From the NCBI GenBank assembly GCA_015484845.1, contig WFUT01000074.1, positions 19,388 through 83,387 of the forward strand: a stretch of DNA of 64,000 bases, given 5' to 3'. Positions within the stretch are counted from its first letter, which is position 1, and every line of letters begins with the position of its first letter. Made by a program: the position numbers and the translations under genes. Shown here piece by piece: positions 37,226-46,848 of the stretch. The notes under the pieces were generated by a model. The model had not been told where the DNA came from. It made no database searches and was given only the letters and a program-made list of their open reading frames with translations. The DNA comes from Desulfobulbaceae bacterium (GTDB lineage: Bacteria; Desulfobacterota; Desulfobulbia; Desulfobulbales; Desulfobulbaceae).

Positions 37226-39244
37226 TTATTGCTCCTTTGGCGCTCCGAATCCCGGCAGGGTGACCGGTTCCACCTTCTTGCGCGGCGGTTTTCCCGTGAT
37301 ATCGGTCACCCGCCGTACCACCCGGCTGCCGAGCGATTTGCCGCGGGCGGTCACACCCTTGATCAGGTAGTCGTCCAGGTCGATCTCCATGGAGTTATAG
37401 CGGGCCCGGGACGAAGGCACGAAGCTGATCCTGGCCCGCACGCCCTTCTCGCCCACGGCCAGCATCTGGATGATGGACCGCCTGTGCTCGGGAAAGAGCC
37501 TGTACTCGCGGTTAATGATGAACTTGGGCATCCGGAACCGCTTGACATAGCTCCTGTTTTCAAGGCCGTTGCGGTAGATGACGTTGAAAACAAGGTCCTT
37601 GCCCACCACGCCGAACCAGAGCAGGTCGCTGCCGACAAAGAACTTGTCCGCCGGATGGATCACCTTGTAGAGACCGTCCTTGAAGATGAGCAGCAGCCGG
37701 TCATACTCGGAGCAGGTCACTGCCAGGTCCTTTTTCTTGTCGGTCATGGTGATCTTGTGGCCCAGGAATCCTGACTCCCGGTTGTAGACCACCTTGATGT
37801 TTGCCAGGGCAGCGGCCCGGGCGTCCACCTCGTCGAACTGGCGCAGCTCGCTTTTGCGCGGGTACTGCTTGCCGTAGCGGTCGAGCAGGTCCTGGATATA
37901 GTTGACCGTGTAGCCTACCATGTCCTGCAGGTGCTTTTCGATGCGGGCGATATTCCTTTCAATGGCCCGGATCTCCTTCTGCTGGCGGTTGATGTCGTAG
38001 CGGGAGATGCGGCGGATCCTGATCTCCAGGAGCCGTTCCACGTCGTCCTTGCTCACCTTGCGGTCCAGTTCTTCGGCATAGGGCGCCAGGGCCTGGCGCA
38101 CCGTGGAGATCACGGCCCTGTAGTTGATCTTCTCCTCTATCTGCTTATACAGCCGCTCCTCGATAAAGATCTGCTCAAGTCTCCTGGCGTGCAGCTTTTC
38201 CTTCAGCCTCTCCAGTTCCATGCGCAGCTCCTGCTCCAGGAAGCCGACAAGGCGGTCGGTGTTGCGGCGCAGGACCTCTTCCACGGTGGGCTGGGCAGGC
38301 ATGTTGTCCTGGATCACCACCAGGCTGGGGGATACGCTCAGTTCGCAGTCAGTGAAGGCATAGAGGGCGTCGATGGTCTCCTCGGCATAGATGCCGCGGG
38401 CCAGCTTGATCTCTATCTCCACCTCCTCGGCCGTGTAGTCGTTGATGGAGGTGATGCGCAGCTTGCCGGCCCGGGTTGCCTTCTCCACGGAATCGATCAG
38501 GGCCTGGGTGGTCAGGTTGTAGGGCAGCTCGCGGATGACGATGGTCTTCTCGTCCCTCTCCTCGATCCTGGCCCGGCAGCGGATACGGCCGTTGCCGTGG
38601 TTGTAGTCGGTGACATCCACCAGGCCGCCGCGGGGAAAGTCGGGCAAGAGGGTGAACTCGCGGCCCTGGAGATAGTCGATCTGGGCCTGGAGCAGTTCGC
38701 AGAAGTTGTGCGGCATGATCTTGGTGGCCATGCCCACGGCGATCCCTTCTGCGCCCAGGAGCAGGAGCAGCGGCAACTTGGCCGGCAGGGTGACCGGCTC
38801 CTGCATGCGGCCGTCGTAGGAGTCGATGAACTCGGTAAGGTCCTTGTTGAACAGGGTCTCCCGGGCCAGGGGAGTCAGGCGGCACTCGATATACCGGGCG
38901 GCCGAGGCCTGGTCGCCGGTGAAGATGTTGCCGAAGTTCCCCTGCCGCTCGATGAGATAGCCCTTGTTGGCCAGGTTGACCAGGGCGGCGAAGATGGACT
39001 GGTCGCCGTGCGGATGCAGCTTCATGGTCTCGCCGACCACGTTGGCCACCTTGTGGAAGCGGCCGTCGTCCATGTTGTGCAGGGTCTGCAGGATGCGGCG
39101 CTGGACCGGTTTCAGGCCGTCGTCCACGTCCGGGATGGCCCGTTCCCGGATCACGTAGGAGGTGTAATCGAGGAAATTGGTGTCAAAGAGGCGGTGCAGC
39201 CTGCCCCTGCCCTGCCGCTTGCTCTCGTCTTGGCCGGAAGTCAT
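37226..39244 (-). CDS. parC: DNA topoisomerase IV subunit A (short GyrA/ParC paralogue)
   Basis: RAIPDVDDGLKPVQRRIL, HPHGD and catalytic AARYIECRL; 672 aa. Confidence 0.9.
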   Translation of the reverse strand: MTSGQDESKRQGRGRLHRLFDTNFLDYTSYVIRERAIPDVDDGLKPVQRRILQTLHNMDDGRFHKVANVVGETMKLHPHGDQSIFAALVNLANKGYLIERQGNFGNIFTGDQASAARYIECRLTPLARETLFNKDLTEFIDSYDGRMQEPVTLPAKLPLLLLLGAEGIAVGMATKIMPHNFCELLQAQIDYLQGREFTLLPDFPRGGLVDVTDYNHGNGRIRCRARIEERDEKTIVIRELPYNLTTQALIDSVEKATRAGKLRITSINDYTAEEVEIEIKLARGIYAEETIDALYAFTDCELSVSPSLVVIQDNMPAQPTVEEVLRRNTDRLVGFLEQELRMELERLKEKLHARRLEQIFIEERLYKQIEEKINYRAVISTVRQALAPYAEELDRKVSKDDVERLLEIRIRRISRYDINRQQKEIRAIERNIARIEKHLQDMVGYTVNYIQDLLDRYGKQYPRKSELRQFDEVDARAAALANIKVVYNRESGFLGHKITMTDKKKDLAVTCSEYDRLLLIFKDGLYKVIHPADKFFVGSDLLWFGVVGKDLVFNVIYRNGLENRSYVKRFRMPKFIINREYRLFPEHRRSIIQMLAVGEKGVRARISFVPSSRARYNSMEIDLDDYLIKGVTARGKSLGSRVVRRVTDITGKPPRKKVEPVTLPGFGAPKEQ

Positions 39245-39287
39245 GGAAGGATCGTGTTCAGGTTGGTGATGACCAGGGGCGCTCCGC

Positions 39288-41123
39288 TCATACCGGCCTC
39301 AGGGTCAGGTGGTCCATGATGTACTGCTTACGCTCGGGCGTGTTCTTGCCCATGTAGAACCTGAGTACCCGGCTGACCTCGCTGAGGCGGTCGATGCGCA
39401 CCTGCTTCAACCGCATGTCCGGGCCGATGAACTGCTTGAACTCGGGTGGCGAGATCTCGCCCAGCCCCTTGAACCGGGTCACTTCCACGCCCCGGTCTGC
39501 CCGGGAGCGGCCCTTGAGCTCCCTGATCGCCTCGGCCATCTCGTCGTCCGAGTAGCAGTAGCGGGTGATCTTCTTGTTGCGGACCCGGTAGATGGGCGTC
39601 TCCAGGATGTAGACATGGCCCAGCTTGACCAGGGGCTCGAAATAGTGGAGAAAAAAGGTGAGCAGCAGGTTGCGGATGTGCAGGCCGTCCACGTCGGCGT
39701 CCGTGGCCAGGATGACCTTGTCAAAGCGGAGGTTGGAGATGGACTCCTCGATGTCCAGGGCCCGCATCAGGGAATACATCTCCTCGTTCTTGTAGAGCAG
39801 GTCGAGCCGGTGGCCGAGCACGTTTAAGGGCTTGCCCTTGAGCGAGAACACCGCCTGGGTCATGGGATCGCGGGAAGAGACGATGGACCCGGCCGCCGAC
39901 TGGCCCTCGGTGATGAAGACCATGTTCTCACGGCCCTCCCTGGAGGGCTTGCGGCGGGAGGGGTGGTACTTGCAGTCCTTGAGCTGCGGGATCTTGAGCG
40001 CCACCTTCCGGGCCTTGACCTTGGCCTCGCGGCGCACCGACTGCAGCTCGCGGCGGACCCGCTCGTTGCGCTGCACCTTGTCCATGAGGATCTCGGCCGT
40101 ATCGGGAAACTTGTAGAGATGGGTGGACACGGCCTCACGCACTGCATTAACTATCCATGCCCTTATCTCCGTATTTCCGAGCTTATTCTTTGTCTGTGAT
40201 TCAAAGACCGGCTCCTGGACCTTGACCGCCAGGGTGCCGACGATCCCGTCGCGCACATCCTTGCCCGTGTACTTCTTGCCCGAGAATTCATTGACGCCCT
40301 TGAGGATCCCTTCCCGGAAGGCGGAGAGATGGGTGCCGCCCTCGCTGGTATAGGTGCCGTTGACAAAGGAGAAATAAGAGTCACCGTAGTCATCGGTGTG
40401 GGTGAAGGCGAATTCCAGCGTCTTGTCGGAGAGATGGATGGGATCATAGAGGCCGCGGCCATCCAGTTCCCGGTCGAGGAGGTCGAGCAGGCCGTTCTGG
40501 GAATAGTAACGCTCGCCGTTCATGTACAGGCTGAGGCCGGCATTGAGATAGGCGTAACGCCAGAGGCGCTGGTCAACATATTCCGGGTCAAAGCGAAAGC
40601 CGGGAAAGAGAGCAGCATCGGGCAGGAACTCGATCAGGGTGCCGTCTTTTTCGTCGGTCTCCCCCTCCTCTTCGCGCCTGAGCTCGCCATGTTCGAACAG
40701 GGCCTTCTTGAAACGGCCATCGCGGAAGGCGCAGACCGTGAAAACACTGGACAGGGCATTGACCGCCTTGGTGCCGACACCGTTCAGGCCCACGGAAAAC
40801 TGGAAGACCTCGGTATTGTACTTGGCGCCGGTGTTGATCACCGACACGCACTCCACCACCTTGCCAAGCGGTATGCCGCGGCCATAGTCGCGGACCCGGC
40901 AGCGACCCTCATCGTCGATGGCCACGTCAACACGCCTGCCAAAGCCCATGATGAACTCGTCCACCGCATTGTCGATCACCTCCTTGAGCAGGATATAGAT
41001 GCCGTCGTCCGGATGGGAGCCATTGCCGAGCCGGCCGATGTACATGCCAGGCCGCTTGCGGATGTGCTCAAGCGAACTTAAGGTCTTGATCTTGGATTCG
41101 TCGTACTGGTGGTGGGCAGACAC
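39288..41123 (-). CDS. parE: DNA topoisomerase IV subunit B
   Basis: EHIRKRPGMYIG, EVIDNAVDE, DYGRGIP, GLNGVGTKAVNALS, EGQSA, LKGKPLN and ATDADVDGLHI. Confidence 0.92.
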   Translation of the reverse strand: MSAHHQYDESKIKTLSSLEHIRKRPGMYIGRLGNGSHPDDGIYILLKEVIDNAVDEFIMGFGRRVDVAIDDEGRCRVRDYGRGIPLGKVVECVSVINTGAKYNTEVFQFSVGLNGVGTKAVNALSSVFTVCAFRDGRFKKALFEHGELRREEEGETDEKDGTLIEFLPDAALFPGFRFDPEYVDQRLWRYAYLNAGLSLYMNGERYYSQNGLLDLLDRELDGRGLYDPIHLSDKTLEFAFTHTDDYGDSYFSFVNGTYTSEGGTHLSAFREGILKGVNEFSGKKYTGKDVRDGIVGTLAVKVQEPVFESQTKNKLGNTEIRAWIVNAVREAVSTHLYKFPDTAEILMDKVQRNERVRRELQSVRREAKVKARKVALKIPQLKDCKYHPSRRKPSREGRENMVFITEGQSAAGSIVSSRDPMTQAVFSLKGKPLNVLGHRLDLLYKNEEMYSLMRALDIEESISNLRFDKVILATDADVDGLHIRNLLLTFFLHYFEPLVKLGHVYILETPIYRVRNKKITRYCYSDDEMAEAIRELKGRSRADRGVEVTRFKGLGEISPPEFKQFIGPDMRLKQVRIDRLSEVSRVLRFYMGKNTPERKQYIMDHLTLRPV

Positions 41124-41381
41124 GTTGTGCGTTACGGAAATTTAAAGTATTTTGAATTTTGAGCTCAGCATTCACACATTCACGCCGCACGGGCTTATTG
41201 ATGACCAGCCTTCAACCTGCATGCCGCACTTCGAAGGTGAAAATCCTGGTTCCCGGGCCGCGGTTTCTGACCCCTGATATCCAAATCCCGCGATTGGCAA
41301 TCCCGGAGTATGGGATGTAAGTGATACGGAAGCAGGTATATCTCTATAGTCTACCCAGTGGCAGAAATGAAGTCAAAAGAT

Positions 41382-42203
41382 ATGACCGCCACGGTCCTTG
41401 CCGTGGCCGGCTCCGACCCCACCGGCGGCGCCGGCATCCAGGCCGATATCAGGACCATGACCGACATCGGGGTCTACGGGGCAGCGGCCGTGACCTGCAT
41501 CACGGTGCAGAACAGCCGCGGCGTGCAGCAGGTCGTGCCCCTGGCGCCCGGCTTGGTGGCCGAACAGGCGCGGGCCGTTCTCGCCGACCACCATGTCACC
41601 CACATCAAGATCGGCATGATCGGCACCAGGGAGATCGGCGCGGCACTGGGCAGGGTCCTGGCGGAATTCTCCGGCGACGTGATCTTTGACCCTGTCCTGG
41701 CGGCGACCACGGGCGAACAGCTCACGGATCGGGCCGGCCTGGCGGTGATCCGCGGCGCCCTTCTTGCCCGGACCACGATCCTCACCCCCAACCTGCCGGA
41801 GCTGGCCCTGCTCGCCGGCCACGAACAGGATGGTCCTGCCGGTGCCCCCCTGGCCATGGCCCGGGAACTGCTGGCCCGCTCTCCCCGCCTGCGCGCCGTC
41901 CTGGTCAAGGGCGGTCATGGCGGGGACGGTATCCTCACCGATTACCTTGTCCGCAGGCAGCAGACCCTTGCCGAGCAGCACCCGCGCATCGACACCGTCA
42001 ACAGCCACGGCACGGGCTGCATCCTCTCCTCGGCCTTTGCCGCCTATCTCTGCCAGGGCCTTGACGATGCCGCCGCCTTTGCCGCCAGCGTCCACTACCT
42101 GCAGCGCTTACTGGCAGAGAACGCGGCCAGGCGGATCGTCCGGTCCCCCGGCGGCCGCGGCCCCCTGTTCCATGCCCATCCACGGGACAGGGGACCGCAA
42201 TAA
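41382..42203 (+). CDS. thiD: Hydroxymethylpyrimidine/phosphomethylpyrimidine kinase
   Basis: VAGSDPTGGAGIQADI, IKIGM, FDPV, LTPNLPE, VKGGH and SHGTGCILSSA. Start uncertain (41358/41367/41382). Confidence 0.92.
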   Translation: MTATVLAVAGSDPTGGAGIQADIRTMTDIGVYGAAAVTCITVQNSRGVQQVVPLAPGLVAEQARAVLADHHVTHIKIGMIGTREIGAALGRVLAEFSGDVIFDPVLAATTGEQLTDRAGLAVIRGALLARTTILTPNLPELALLAGHEQDGPAGAPLAMARELLARSPRLRAVLVKGGHGGDGILTDYLVRRQQTLAEQHPRIDTVNSHGTGCILSSAFAAYLCQGLDDAAAFAASVHYLQRLLAENAARRIVRSPGGRGPLFHAHPRDRGPQ

Positions 42204-42214
42204 CCGGGCGCTGC

Positions 42215-42421
42215 CTATTCCATCATGTGTACCCGTTCGCAGTCCGGGCAGATCCAGGTGGGACCGTTGCTGATACCCCACTTGTTCTCCTGGAAACACT
42301 CGGGGCAGATCATGAAGCCGCAGGTGCAGGACCAGCAGAAGGGTTTCTCCTGCTTGCAGCAGTGACAGACAAAGGTTTTCCTTCTGCGGCGATAGCCACG
42401 CTTTTTCGGTTTTTCCGTCAT
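42215..42421 (-). CDS. Small Cys-rich, probable zinc-binding protein
   Basis: 68 aa, 10 Cys (CHCC, CWSCTC, CPEC, CPDC) and a basic N-terminus; follows cutA on the same strand. Confidence 0.7.
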   Translation of the reverse strand: MTEKPKKRGYRRRRKTFVCHCCKQEKPFCWSCTCGFMICPECFQENKWGISNGPTWICPDCERVHMME

Positions 42422-42437
42422 ACTGGTTCACCAGGAT

Positions 42438-42758
42438 CTATCCGGGCAGGAGTTCCTTCTCCAGCCAGGCCAGGTATTCCTTGTTGCCCTCCACCACGGG
42501 TATGGCCAGGATCTCCGGGACATCGTAGGGATGCTGTCCGCGGATCAGGATCTGCAGCCCCTCGAACAGGTCCCGCCGGGACTTCATGCAGCAGAGGTAC
42601 TCGTCCGCCTGCTCCAGGGTCCCCTGCCACCGATAGCGGGAATGGCACCTGCTGATCTGGACACAGGCGGCAAGGCGGCTGCCAAGAACCTCTTCCGCTA
42701 TCTTCTCCGCCTGCTCCCTGGTCTCCACCGTGGTGACAACCTGGATATACTCTGTCAT
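42438..42758 (-). CDS. cutA: Divalent-cation tolerance protein CutA
   Basis: RLAACVQI, SRYRWQG and HPYDVPEI...GNKEYLAWL. Start ATG 42758. Confidence 0.93.
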   Translation of the reverse strand: MTEYIQVVTTVETREQAEKIAEEVLGSRLAACVQISRCHSRYRWQGTLEQADEYLCCMKSRRDLFEGLQILIRGQHPYDVPEILAIPVVEGNKEYLAWLEKELLPG

Positions 42759-43015
42759 CTGCCTTCCCCCTCTCCTGTCAGGATCAACTGTCCGGGTCGC
42801 ATGGTGCCCGGTTTCCGCCCCGCTCCCCATGGCGAGACGACACCGGATCCCTGCAGCATACCATGGACGGCGGATGATCTCAATCCTGCCCGCCAGCCGG
42901 GGCAATCTTCCTGTCCATGCTGCCGGATGTTGTCAGGGCGCGGCAGGTGTGCTAGGCTTTGTCCTGCCCGGGAAAAAGAGAGGCGGCAGGCAAAAACAGC
43001 AGACGGTGCAATCGC

Positions 43016-44338
43016 ATGCAGAACATCGTTATCATCGGCGGCGGCGCAGCCGGCATGAGTGCAGCATCCCGAATCAGGAGACTGCAGCCCGGCTGGAAGA
43101 TCACGGTCCTGGAGGCCAGCGGCTGGGTCAGCCATGCGCCCTGTGGCATTCCCTACGTGGTCGAGGGCATCAGCGAGCTGGACAGGTTGATGCACTACAC
43201 GCCGGAATTTTTCATCCGTGAGCGCAACATCGACCTGCACATCCACGCCAGGGTGACGGCCGTGCACCAGGGCGAGGTGGTGGCGCAGGAGAAGGATGGG
43301 GAAAAACGCTACCCCTGGGACCAGCTCCTGTTCGCCACCGGCGCCGTTCCCCGCCGCCCCCCTGTCCCCGGGACAGGGCTTGCCGGCGTCTTCACGGCAG
43401 ACCTGCCCCCGGACGCGGGCATCATCCGGCGGTACATGGAGGACAACGGGGTCAACAAGGTGGTGATCATCGGCACCGGTTACGTGGCCCTGGAGATGGC
43501 CGAGGCCTTTGTGGTCCGCGGAATGCACGTGACCCTGGTTGGCCGCAGTGACCGGGTCCTGCGCAGGACCCTGGACCGGGAGATCACGGATGTGGTCGGG
43601 AAGCGGCTGGCCGACGAACTCGACCTCCGCCTGCAGGAGGCGACCCGGGCGATCGAGGGAACATCCAGGGTGGAGCAGGTGGTCACCGACCGGCAGACCT
43701 ATCCGGCGGACATGGTCATCCTGGCCACCGGCATCAGGCCGGAGACCACCCTGGCCGAGCAACTGGGCCTCAAGCTCGGTGCCGGCGGCGCGATCGGGAC
43801 CGACGACAGGATGCGGACCAGCCGGACCGGCGTCTACGCGGCCGGCGACGTGGCCGAGTGCCACCACCTCCTGACCGGCAAAAAGACCTGGATCGCCCTG
43901 GCGCCGACAGGCAACAAGATGGGATTCGTGGCAGGCTCCAACATGGCCGGCCACGAGGTCCGCTTCCCCGGCGTGGTCGGCACCGCTGTCACCCGGTTCA
44001 TGGACATGGAGATCGGCCGCACCGGCCTGGGCGAGGAAGAGGCCAGGCAGGCCGGGTTTTCGGTAAAAAGCGGCGTGATCAGGACCGCAACCGGGCCCGG
44101 CTATTACCCGGGCCACGGCGAGATATGGCTCAAGGGCATTGCCGAGCAGGGCAGCGGCCGGCTCCTGGGCCTGCAGGCCGTGGGCAAGAGGGTGCTCGCC
44201 AGGATAGACACCTTTGCCCTTGCCCTGCAGCAGGGCTGCACGATCCGCGACCTGTTCTTCACCGACCTGGCCTATGCACCGCCCTTTGCCCCGGTCTGGG
44301 ATCCCCTGGTGACCCTGGCCCGGGTATTGAAATTCTGA
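43016..44338 (+). CDS. cdr: CoA-disulfide reductase / CoA-dependent NAD(P)H:sulfur oxidoreductase (Thermococcales Nsr-like)
   Basis: [10 protein letters not shown], single redox Cys in [19 protein letters not shown] and C-terminal [27 protein letters not shown]. Start ATG 43016. Confidence 0.85.
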   Translation: MQNIVIIGGGAAGMSAASRIRRLQPGWKITVLEASGWVSHAPCGIPYVVEGISELDRLMHYTPEFFIRERNIDLHIHARVTAVHQGEVVAQEKDGEKRYPWDQLLFATGAVPRRPPVPGTGLAGVFTADLPPDAGIIRRYMEDNGVNKVVIIGTGYVALEMAEAFVVRGMHVTLVGRSDRVLRRTLDREITDVVGKRLADELDLRLQEATRAIEGTSRVEQVVTDRQTYPADMVILATGIRPETTLAEQLGLKLGAGGAIGTDDRMRTSRTGVYAAGDVAECHHLLTGKKTWIALAPTGNKMGFVAGSNMAGHEVRFPGVVGTAVTRFMDMEIGRTGLGEEEARQAGFSVKSGVIRTATGPGYYPGHGEIWLKGIAEQGSGRLLGLQAVGKRVLARIDTFALALQQGCTIRDLFFTDLAYAPPFAPVWDPLVTLARVLKF

Positions 44339-44394
44339 AACCTCAATCCCGCGACCGGCAGTCCCCTGCCTCCTGTTTTCCGAGGGTGACCGCA

Positions 44395-45231
44395 ATGCTT
44401 TTTGCCGTTGATGTTGGCAATTCCCACACCGTAAGCGGCCTGTTCAGGCATGACCGGCTCGTCGCCCACTGGCGCCTCAAGTCGGACCGGGACAGGACCG
44501 CCGACGAGCTGGCCATCCGCTACCACGCCCTGTTCCAGATGGCGGGGATCGATGCCGGCGCCATAACCGGCTTTATCGTCTCCTCGGTGGTGCCAACCCT
44601 GGAGACGTGCTGGCTGGACTATGCAGACAAATACCTGGGCAGCCGGCTGACCGGCCCGCCCCTGCGGGTCAACCACACCACGGCCACCGGCATCACCGTG
44701 GCCACGGACAACCCGGCCGAGGTGGGGGCGGACCGGATCGTCAACGCGGTGGCGGCCTGGGACATCCTGCGGCAGGCCCTGATCGTCATCGACTTTGGCA
44801 CCGCCATCACCTTTGACTGCGTCAATGAACAAAGGCGCTACGTGGGCGGCACCATCCACCCGGGCATCGGCATCTCGCTCGACGCCCTGGCCGGCCGCAC
44901 CGCCAAGCTGCCGCGGGTGGACATCAACGCCACGCCGAAACAGGTCATCGGCACCAGCACGGTGAGCGCCATCCGCTCCGGCATGCTCTACGGCTTTGGC
45001 GGCCTGGTGGACCGGATGGTGGAGATCCTGGCCAGGGAGCTGGCGCCGGAACAGGACCGGGTGCCCACGGTGGCCACCGGCGGCATGGCCCACCTGGTGG
45101 CGCCGTTTGCCGCGGCCATCGACCGCATCGAGCCGGACCTGACCTTAAACGGCCTGCGCCTGATCCATGCCATGAACCGGAACCGACAACACGACGTCCA
45201 TGCCAGTGCCCCCTGCCACCAGTCTTCATGA
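44395..45231 (+). CDS. coaX: Type III pantothenate kinase
   Basis: AVDVGNSHT, SSVVP, VGADR, IDFGTAITFD, GGTIHPG and VATGG. Confidence 0.95.
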   Translation: MLFAVDVGNSHTVSGLFRHDRLVAHWRLKSDRDRTADELAIRYHALFQMAGIDAGAITGFIVSSVVPTLETCWLDYADKYLGSRLTGPPLRVNHTTATGITVATDNPAEVGADRIVNAVAAWDILRQALIVIDFGTAITFDCVNEQRRYVGGTIHPGIGISLDALAGRTAKLPRVDINATPKQVIGTSTVSAIRSGMLYGFGGLVDRMVEILARELAPEQDRVPTVATGGMAHLVAPFAAAIDRIEPDLTLNGLRLIHAMNRNRQHDVHASAPCHQSS

Positions 45232-45238
45232 GACGGCC

Positions 45239-46192
45239 ATGACCAGACCGCGGCCTGTCCTGCTGCCACCGCGCCTGCGGCCCGGTGACACCATCGGCGT
45301 CATCCTGCCGGCCGGGCCGGTGCGGGACCACGCCAGGGCCGAAAAGGGCATGTCCCTCCTGCACCAGATGGGCTACCGGCTCCGCCTGCCGGCGACCGGA
45401 CCGGCCGATGCCGACTATCTCGCCGCCCCGGACGAGGTCCGCCTCCGTACCCTGCACGCCCTCTGGGCCGACGAGGAGGTCAGGGCCCTGATGGCCATGC
45501 GCGGCGGCTACGGCTGCCTGCGCATCGTCGACCGGCTGGACATGGAATTTTTCCGCCGCCATCCCAAGTGGCTGGTCGGCTTCAGCGACCTGACCGTGCT
45601 CCATGCCGCCCTCAACCGCGATGCCGGCCTGGTCACCATGCACGGCCCCATGGTCGCCACCCTGGGGCGGACGGCAAGGGAGGACCTGCAGCGGCTCTTC
45701 TCGCTGCTCGCCGGGGAACCGGCCGGCCTGCACGACACCGCGGCAATGGAGATCCTGCGTCCCGGCATTCGCCGGGGCCGCCTGTGCGGCGGCAACCTCA
45801 CCTGCCTGCTCTCCCTCCTGGGCACACCGTGGGAACCCGCCTGGCAGGACGCCATTATCCTGCTCGAAGACACCGGCGAGCCCATGTACCGGCTCGATCG
45901 CATGCTCACCCAGCTGGCGCAGGCGGGACGGCTGCAGCAGGCAGCCGGCCTGCTGCTCGGCAGCTTCGATCATCCCTCCGGCGACACCCTTGAGACCATC
46001 CGCCTCCAGGAACAGGTCTGGCAGCGGGTCCTGGAGCTGACCCGGGATGCCGACTTGCCGGTCTGGGCCAATGTTCCCCTTGGCCACGGTCAACGCAACG
46101 CGGCCCTGCCGCTCGGCATGGAAGCCGAGATGAACAGCCTGACCGGCACCCTCACCCTGCTCCCGCATTCGGTGCACCGAGTTCACGAATAG
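45239..46192 (+). CDS. ldcA: LD-carboxypeptidase (peptidase S66)
   Basis: RGGYG, GFSD (Ser), GGNL, LLED (Glu) and LGHG (His). Start ATG 45239. Confidence 0.9.
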   Translation: MTRPRPVLLPPRLRPGDTIGVILPAGPVRDHARAEKGMSLLHQMGYRLRLPATGPADADYLAAPDEVRLRTLHALWADEEVRALMAMRGGYGCLRIVDRLDMEFFRRHPKWLVGFSDLTVLHAALNRDAGLVTMHGPMVATLGRTAREDLQRLFSLLAGEPAGLHDTAAMEILRPGIRRGRLCGGNLTCLLSLLGTPWEPAWQDAIILLEDTGEPMYRLDRMLTQLAQAGRLQQAAGLLLGSFDHPSGDTLETIRLQEQVWQRVLELTRDADLPVWANVPLGHGQRNAALPLGMEAEMNSLTGTLTLLPHSVHRVHE

Positions 46193-46194
46193 CC

Positions 46195-46848
46195 ATGCTG
46201 AAACGATACCTCCAGACCGCCCTCTTCCTCCTCCTGCTCACCCTGCTCTACGGCCTGGGCCTGCTGCCGGTGCTCCTGGTCCGTGCCAGTCTCCAGACCG
46301 GTCCATACCTGCTGGCCCTGCTGTGCTGGCTTACGTTGGTGGCCGTCTCCCTGCCCTTTTTCCTGGGCATGATCATCCGCCGGGTCTGGTTCTTTGCCGG
46401 CACCGGCGAACCGGTGCTCCTGGACCTGCTCAGGGAGAAGATCCTGGCGATCAACGACATGGATGCACCGGTGCAGGTCAGGAAAAAACGGCATGGCCTG
46501 GTGGTCTGCTGGCGGCACGATGACCCGGCCTGGTGCGAGAAGATGGACAGGGCCGGCATGAAAAAGACCTTTGAGCTGCACCTGGAGTTTGACAATGCCA
46601 CCAAGACGGTGACCCTCTCCGACCGGGTCCGGAAGGTGGACTTTGATCTCTGCCCGGTCAAGGTCAAGACCGGCCTGCTGGCCCTGCCCCGCCCCTGCTT
46701 CCGGGTGGCTGTCGGGCCGGACTGGAACGTGGAGGCCTACCGGGACCGCCGCGACGCGGACTACCTCTTTCAGCCCTGGGAGATCAAGTCACCGGTCATG
46801 GGAACCATCCTGAACAACGGCTGGAACGTGCGTTTCAGCCTGCGCTGA
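46195..46848 (+). CDS. Hypothetical membrane protein (two N-terminal TMs plus soluble domain)
   Basis: Fills the gap between ldcA and the AEC gene with 2-nt and 1-nt junctions; codon use typical of neighbours; no recognised motif. Confidence 0.75.
   Translation: MLKRYLQTALFLLLLTLLYGLGLLPVLLVRASLQTGPYLLALLCWLTLVAVSLPFFLGMIIRRVWFFAGTGEPVLLDLLREKILAINDMDAPVQVRKKRHGLVVCWRHDDPAWCEKMDRAGMKKTFELHLEFDNATKTVTLSDRVRKVDFDLCPVKVKTGLLALPRPCFRVAVGPDWNVEAYRDRRDADYLFQPWEIKSPVMGTILNNGWNVRFSLR

Noticed and set aside
41124-41381. TPP riboswitch upstream of thiD
   Set aside because: No CTGAGA / CCTGA-type THI-box core was found.
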